A DNA stretch of 64,000 nucleotides from Macrostomum lignano (lineage: Eukaryota): the NCBI GenBank assembly GCA_002269645.1, contig NIVC01001086.1, forward strand, positions 25,030 through 89,029, written 5' to 3'. A program made the translations under genes and the position numbers. This document shows positions 59,707-64,000 of this stretch, piece after piece (the stretch's first letter is position 1; every line of letters begins with the position of its first letter). The notes below the pieces were generated by a model. The model made no database searches, was not told where the DNA came from, and saw nothing but the letters and a program-made list of their open reading frames with translations.

Positions 59707-60459
59707 CCATTTTATTTTTTGCTTGCACAGTTCATTGATAACCGTTTGCTTACGTAGTGCACATTCGTAGTCTCATTATGCACGTTATGATTATCAAAAA
59801 TTTAAGTCGCGTTATTACTTATGTTCGAAATACTACTCTTTCTCTCTTACACACTTTAATGTTTCAGTTTTATTAGATTTGCCTTTCTAATATTGTTTCT
59901 TTGGTTTCTCACATTTGCATTATGATCCATGTATCACGTGTATGTATAATCGAGCGTGTTGCATTATATATATTTTTATATATTGCATGTTTCTCGTGTG
60001 ATACATTTTGCTTATGAGCAAAACACTGCTTATTTTAATACACAAAGATCGAGCTTTGTTTGTAAAAAAGATTCCCTACAATATTTACAAATTAGGCATT
60101 TATTTACTAAGTTAGTATTTAAACCAGTACTACTGCTCCGTTTTTGTCAGTTTTGTTCATTTTAGTTCTATTTCTTCTACCTTGACTTCCAGCTTCCTGG
60201 TTTTCAATTGGGTGTTGTGGAATTCTAGTTTTAAGAAGTACTTTTATGCGAATAGGGAGTAAATTAAGAGGGCGTATGCATTGGAAGTACTGCATAGAAA
60301 AATTCGCAATGCATTTCAATCTCGGTATGTGAAGCTACGTATGAAAGTAACTAGAAGTAGCTGTTTTGTTCAAAGCCTGTGTGCACCTGTGTACATGCAT
60401 TGAATACTCATGTAGATTCGTATATAAATTATATGGAACGCGAATAATGCACGCATGCA

Positions 60460-60620
60460 TACAACATGTTCACGCGAGAGAACTTCACGGGGAGACGCGT
60501 TTTCCCGTCGTGTGTGCACGCATGTCTTCCCATGCGACATGGAGGCACGCGGCGTGTGCCTGCATGTCGCATGGGAAGACACTCGTGGCCATGCCGGGAT
60601 TCCCGCGTGAATCATATGGG
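60460..60620. repeat. Long imperfect palindrome with a perfect 19-bp inner stem
   Basis: TGTCTTCCCATGCGACATG (60523-60541) pairs with CATGTCGCATGGGAAGACA (60563-60581). The outer TTCACGCG/CGCGTGAA also pair. Confidence 0.8.
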
Positions 60621-61837
60621 AAGGGTGCATAGTGGAGTCCTGGCCCCCACTCCTGTCAGATGGTCAGCCCCATGGTAGCTTGATCGTGAGGCGAGCAGTC
60701 TAGGTCCTATAGCTAAGAGAGGGACAGCGAGAGACGAGCAGGGAGAATTTTGAAGGTAGAAATTAGTTAATCCGCAAATTAGCTAACTCGCTGCCACCAG
60801 CCCGTACGTCCTGGCTCACCACACCGGGACTTTCGAAATCGGGCTTCCGACTAGAGGGGGTTTTGCACTTACCTGCCAACTAGTGTCTTTTTGCTGTCAA
60901 TCTCGAAGTCATAGCCGATGTTAAGGGACACTGCTGGGACTCGATCGCATTGGCCATGCAGGTACAGAGGGGACTTGTGCAGAGGATTCTTGCAGTGGCG
61001 AGACTATGGGGTAGCTACATGTACTATTACATTGCTAAATACGAAGAATTGTACTTTTGGCCTTCAACGCGCCAACTAGCCTCTCATAGCGCTGATGATA
61101 GACTAACTCGAACTTCAGAGACCGCATGATTCATTACCCGAGCCGCTTGGCGAACCTAGAGTGCACAAAGTACATCTCTGGCGCCGATTCTGCACTACTG
61201 GCAATTTTTCTCCCTGATTTGATAGATTGATCGACTGAGAACTGCCTTGCCATTGGTCCACTGTGACCGGCGCCTACTAGCTTAGCTACTCATCTGAGCC
61301 ATCGGCAAACAAAGAAATAAAACCGATAAAAATAACTGTTCGATTTAACCTCCTTAGATCACTTCACACTTCAGATTGAATTGGAGTTTCAGACTACTTA
61401 ACAGTATTATTGAATGATCTCTGCCTCAAAAACAGCACTACTGAACAAAAAGAGCAAAAGTGTGCGCCTAATTCAACTACTGAAACAGGGGACAGATAAG
61501 GGATCACCCAATCAAGCAAGTCCAGGTAGCCTCTCACCCAACCAATCAGAAACTCAAAAGCCGGAGACCAGGAAATCCACAGTGACCGAATCGGCTTGAT
61601 GTTTCGCAGCTGTAGACTCGGGATGATGCTGACACAATCTTCGCTGATAGCTAGCTTTGATAGCTATCTTAACTTTGATGTTCGCTGCAGATGACCGGGG
61701 ACTCGTCCTTGATGATGAGGGGGGAAGTCGCAATCCGGGGATCAAGAAACGACGGTCGGGCTCCGGGAACCAGAAATGTCGGGAAGGTTCCTCCGCGGGA
61801 GAGCCGGTTGAGGTTCAAGCGGGCCAAAAACACCGGT

Positions 61838-61967
61838 TTAAATAGCCGCCAACTGGACCATAGTTTGTTATAATGGAACACGTCGATTCTGATTGGCTGA
61901 GCCGTTTTGTTAAAATGAGCGCCAAATTTTCTGATTGGCTAAGCTTGTTGCTACCCAGAATCACGTG
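61838..61967 (-). promoter_or_regulatory. Putative leftward Pol II promoter: two CCAAT boxes, an E-box and a TATA-like element
   Basis: CTGATTGGCT at 61889 and 61931, TCACGTGA at 61961, TATTTAAA on the minus strand at 61838-61845, followed by a GC-rich leader. No downstream CDS was identified. Confidence 0.35.
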
Positions 61968-63171
61968 ACCAGGAGAGCCTATCAGTTCCCACAGGGTCGT
62001 AAAAAGATGACAGGTGCGGTCATAAATCAATCAAAATCGCAACAAAATGATTTATGACTTTTTGCGTAGGATTGACAGAAATTAATGAAAAAATATACAT
62101 TAGAAAGCTCTTATTAAATAGAAAGTGAAGATAATGAAGAGAAATCACTAATCGCTAATCCCAAGGCACTTTTAGGGGTAAAACGCATAGCTGTCAAAGC
62201 TGTCACACGCTTGAGTGAACACGAACAATAGGCTCTGACCTCATAAATCTTGATGGCCTGTCAAAATGATGAGAAAAAAGCTCTCTCCTTCGCATCCTCT
62301 CAGACCATCTGGCGCCCGCCTCAACACTGTGTGAGGCGCAGGTGGCTGTCAGACCAGCTTCGAAAGCGATGATTTATGACCCAAAAAGCTGCGCCTATGT
62401 TATTATGACTACTAGTATGACCAGACATTATAGATTCTATGAAAATTCGCAGAAAAAGAATAAAAATGCCCTTAGCCTGCTGTCAGTAGGCTAGTAAGTT
62501 TAGAGCTCATGTGCTAGCGCGGGATTTGGAAAAAAGTGCGTCCTCATCAACAGCAAAAAATTGTCCAGCACTTTTACTGCATGCATACACTCATACATCT
62601 AAGGTACATCCTTGTTAATTACTTTAATACTGTTGCATGTCCAGGCAGTATGTTCATGCTTTTTCATGTTATTACACGTACATGTGATTAAAAAGTTGTA
62701 TACAATTGACCAAGCAATTCGCCAATTATTATTGTTTTACAGTTTACCTTTTGGTTAGCAAAAATTTCTTTAATGGACATGGAATAATAAGTTAATTACA
62801 GTGTGGAGAGAGGTAGTTTAGTTTTCCTTTATAAATGCACCTTGTCTATATTTAATATGAGTTACTTCATTTGAAACTGTAATACATGTCTTGTCAAATT
62901 AATGTCAAACATTGTGAAGACATGTCAAACATGTCTTCACATGTAGATGAAGCTTTTTAGGCACGCATCCTGGCCCTTAGACCGATATATGTTAAGGGAA
63001 ACAACAGAAAATTATCATTGCGTCTTCATCGAATTTATTAGAATGAATAGATAAGCGTATATGTACATTGTGCATGCCGTTTTGCAAAACAAATTATTGC
63101 ATTTTACTAATGCGTGAAATCTAAATTAACCCGTCGACCCGCATGCACTAGCAGCTATTCTAGACCAAACA

Positions 63172-63492
63172 ACAGGTACATGTACGCGCGTATTACGCGC
63201 ATAAAACGCGCGTTTTCGTTCGCGTTTTACGCGCATTTTTTATTAATTCTGTACGCGCGTAAGCGAACGCACGAAATACGTGCCTTTGGTAACACAGAAA
63301 ATACGCAGTAATAACGCAATGCTGCAGACGGGTACAGGAACAGGACTAACATACATGTATTATAGGTTTCGCGGATTCGTTTATGCTTTGAGCAAAGTAT
63401 CGCGTCTAAAACGCACTAAATATGCTCGTATAATAACGCGATATGTGTTTGACATTACGCTCTAAATATGCGCGTTTTACGCGCGTACCTGT
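63172..63492. mobile_element. CpG-rich MITE-like element with ACGCGCGT-based terminal and subterminal inverted repeats
   Basis: The left end ACAGGTAC..GTACGCGCGTATTACGCGCAT matches the reverse complement of the right end ATGCGCGTTTTACGCGCGTACCTGT. Confidence 0.55.
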
Positions 63493-63852
63493 TGCTTGGG
63501 GAGGCTCAAGACCCATTGTTGCTCTGTAGAAATGCTGCTGATAACTAACTGTGCATACGTGCGAGCTGCTGTAGAGGCCCCCACCGAACCTCACAATTAA
63601 ATAGCTAGTAGATATCATAGTGCGAGGACAGCAGAGCTTTCTCTGCCTCTATATTTATATGCGCGTTTTACGCGCGTACCTGTTGCTTGGGGAGGCTCAA
63701 GACCCATTATTGCTCTGTAGAAATGCTGCTGATAACTAACTGTGCATACGTGCGAGCTGCTGTAGAGGCCCCCCACCCGAACCTCACAATTAAATAGCTA
63801 GTAGATATCATAGTGCGAGGACAGCAGAGCTTTCTCTGCCTCTATATTTATA
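63466..63852. repeat. Tandem duplication of ~191 bp (two near-identical copies)
   Basis: Copies start at 63466 and 63657 (ATATGCGCGTTTTACGCGCGTACCTGTTGC...CTCTATATTTATA). Confidence 0.92.
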
Positions 63853-64000
63853 CATACCTTCGAATTGTTCTTGTAAGACTTGTGCCAATCTATTTTGACT
63901 GGCTACGGGACAGCAATTAGCATTCACAATGTAACTGCTTAGTCTCTTTTGCATCACAGATAGATAGAGTTTATATAGCTAAGAAACTGTTTATTCCGCC

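Overview
Eukaryotic (metazoan) genomic window with spliceosomal GT-AG introns and very many simple repeats. The style suggests a free-living flatworm such as Macrostomum, but that is inference only. Genes reconstructed by hand with consistent splice phases: a 6-exon hnRNP A/B/D (squid-like) two-RRM gene (-, 716-10819), a 5-exon DEG/ENaC channel (-, 23691-32927), a C2orf50-like gene (+, 35880-38078), an orphan secreted acidic/cationic precursor (+, 41402-41701), a Ly6/QVR-like GPI-anchored protein (+, 43074-43791) and an 11-exon NWD1/2-type NACHT protein ending in a Dpy-30 motif (-, 45969-54139). A young full-length Ty3/Gypsy element (12275-20452; 421-bp LTRs that look identical by eye; CTAG target duplication) splits a tRNA-Thr(AGT) gene and encodes a cold-shock domain between its zinc knuckle and protease. 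A ~2.6-kb block (56280-58920) is almost free of CpG. A SINE copy inside it shows directional C>T/G>A changes in CpG and also CpA/TpG context relative to three other copies in the window, a RIP-like signature. All analysis was manual; no searches were run.
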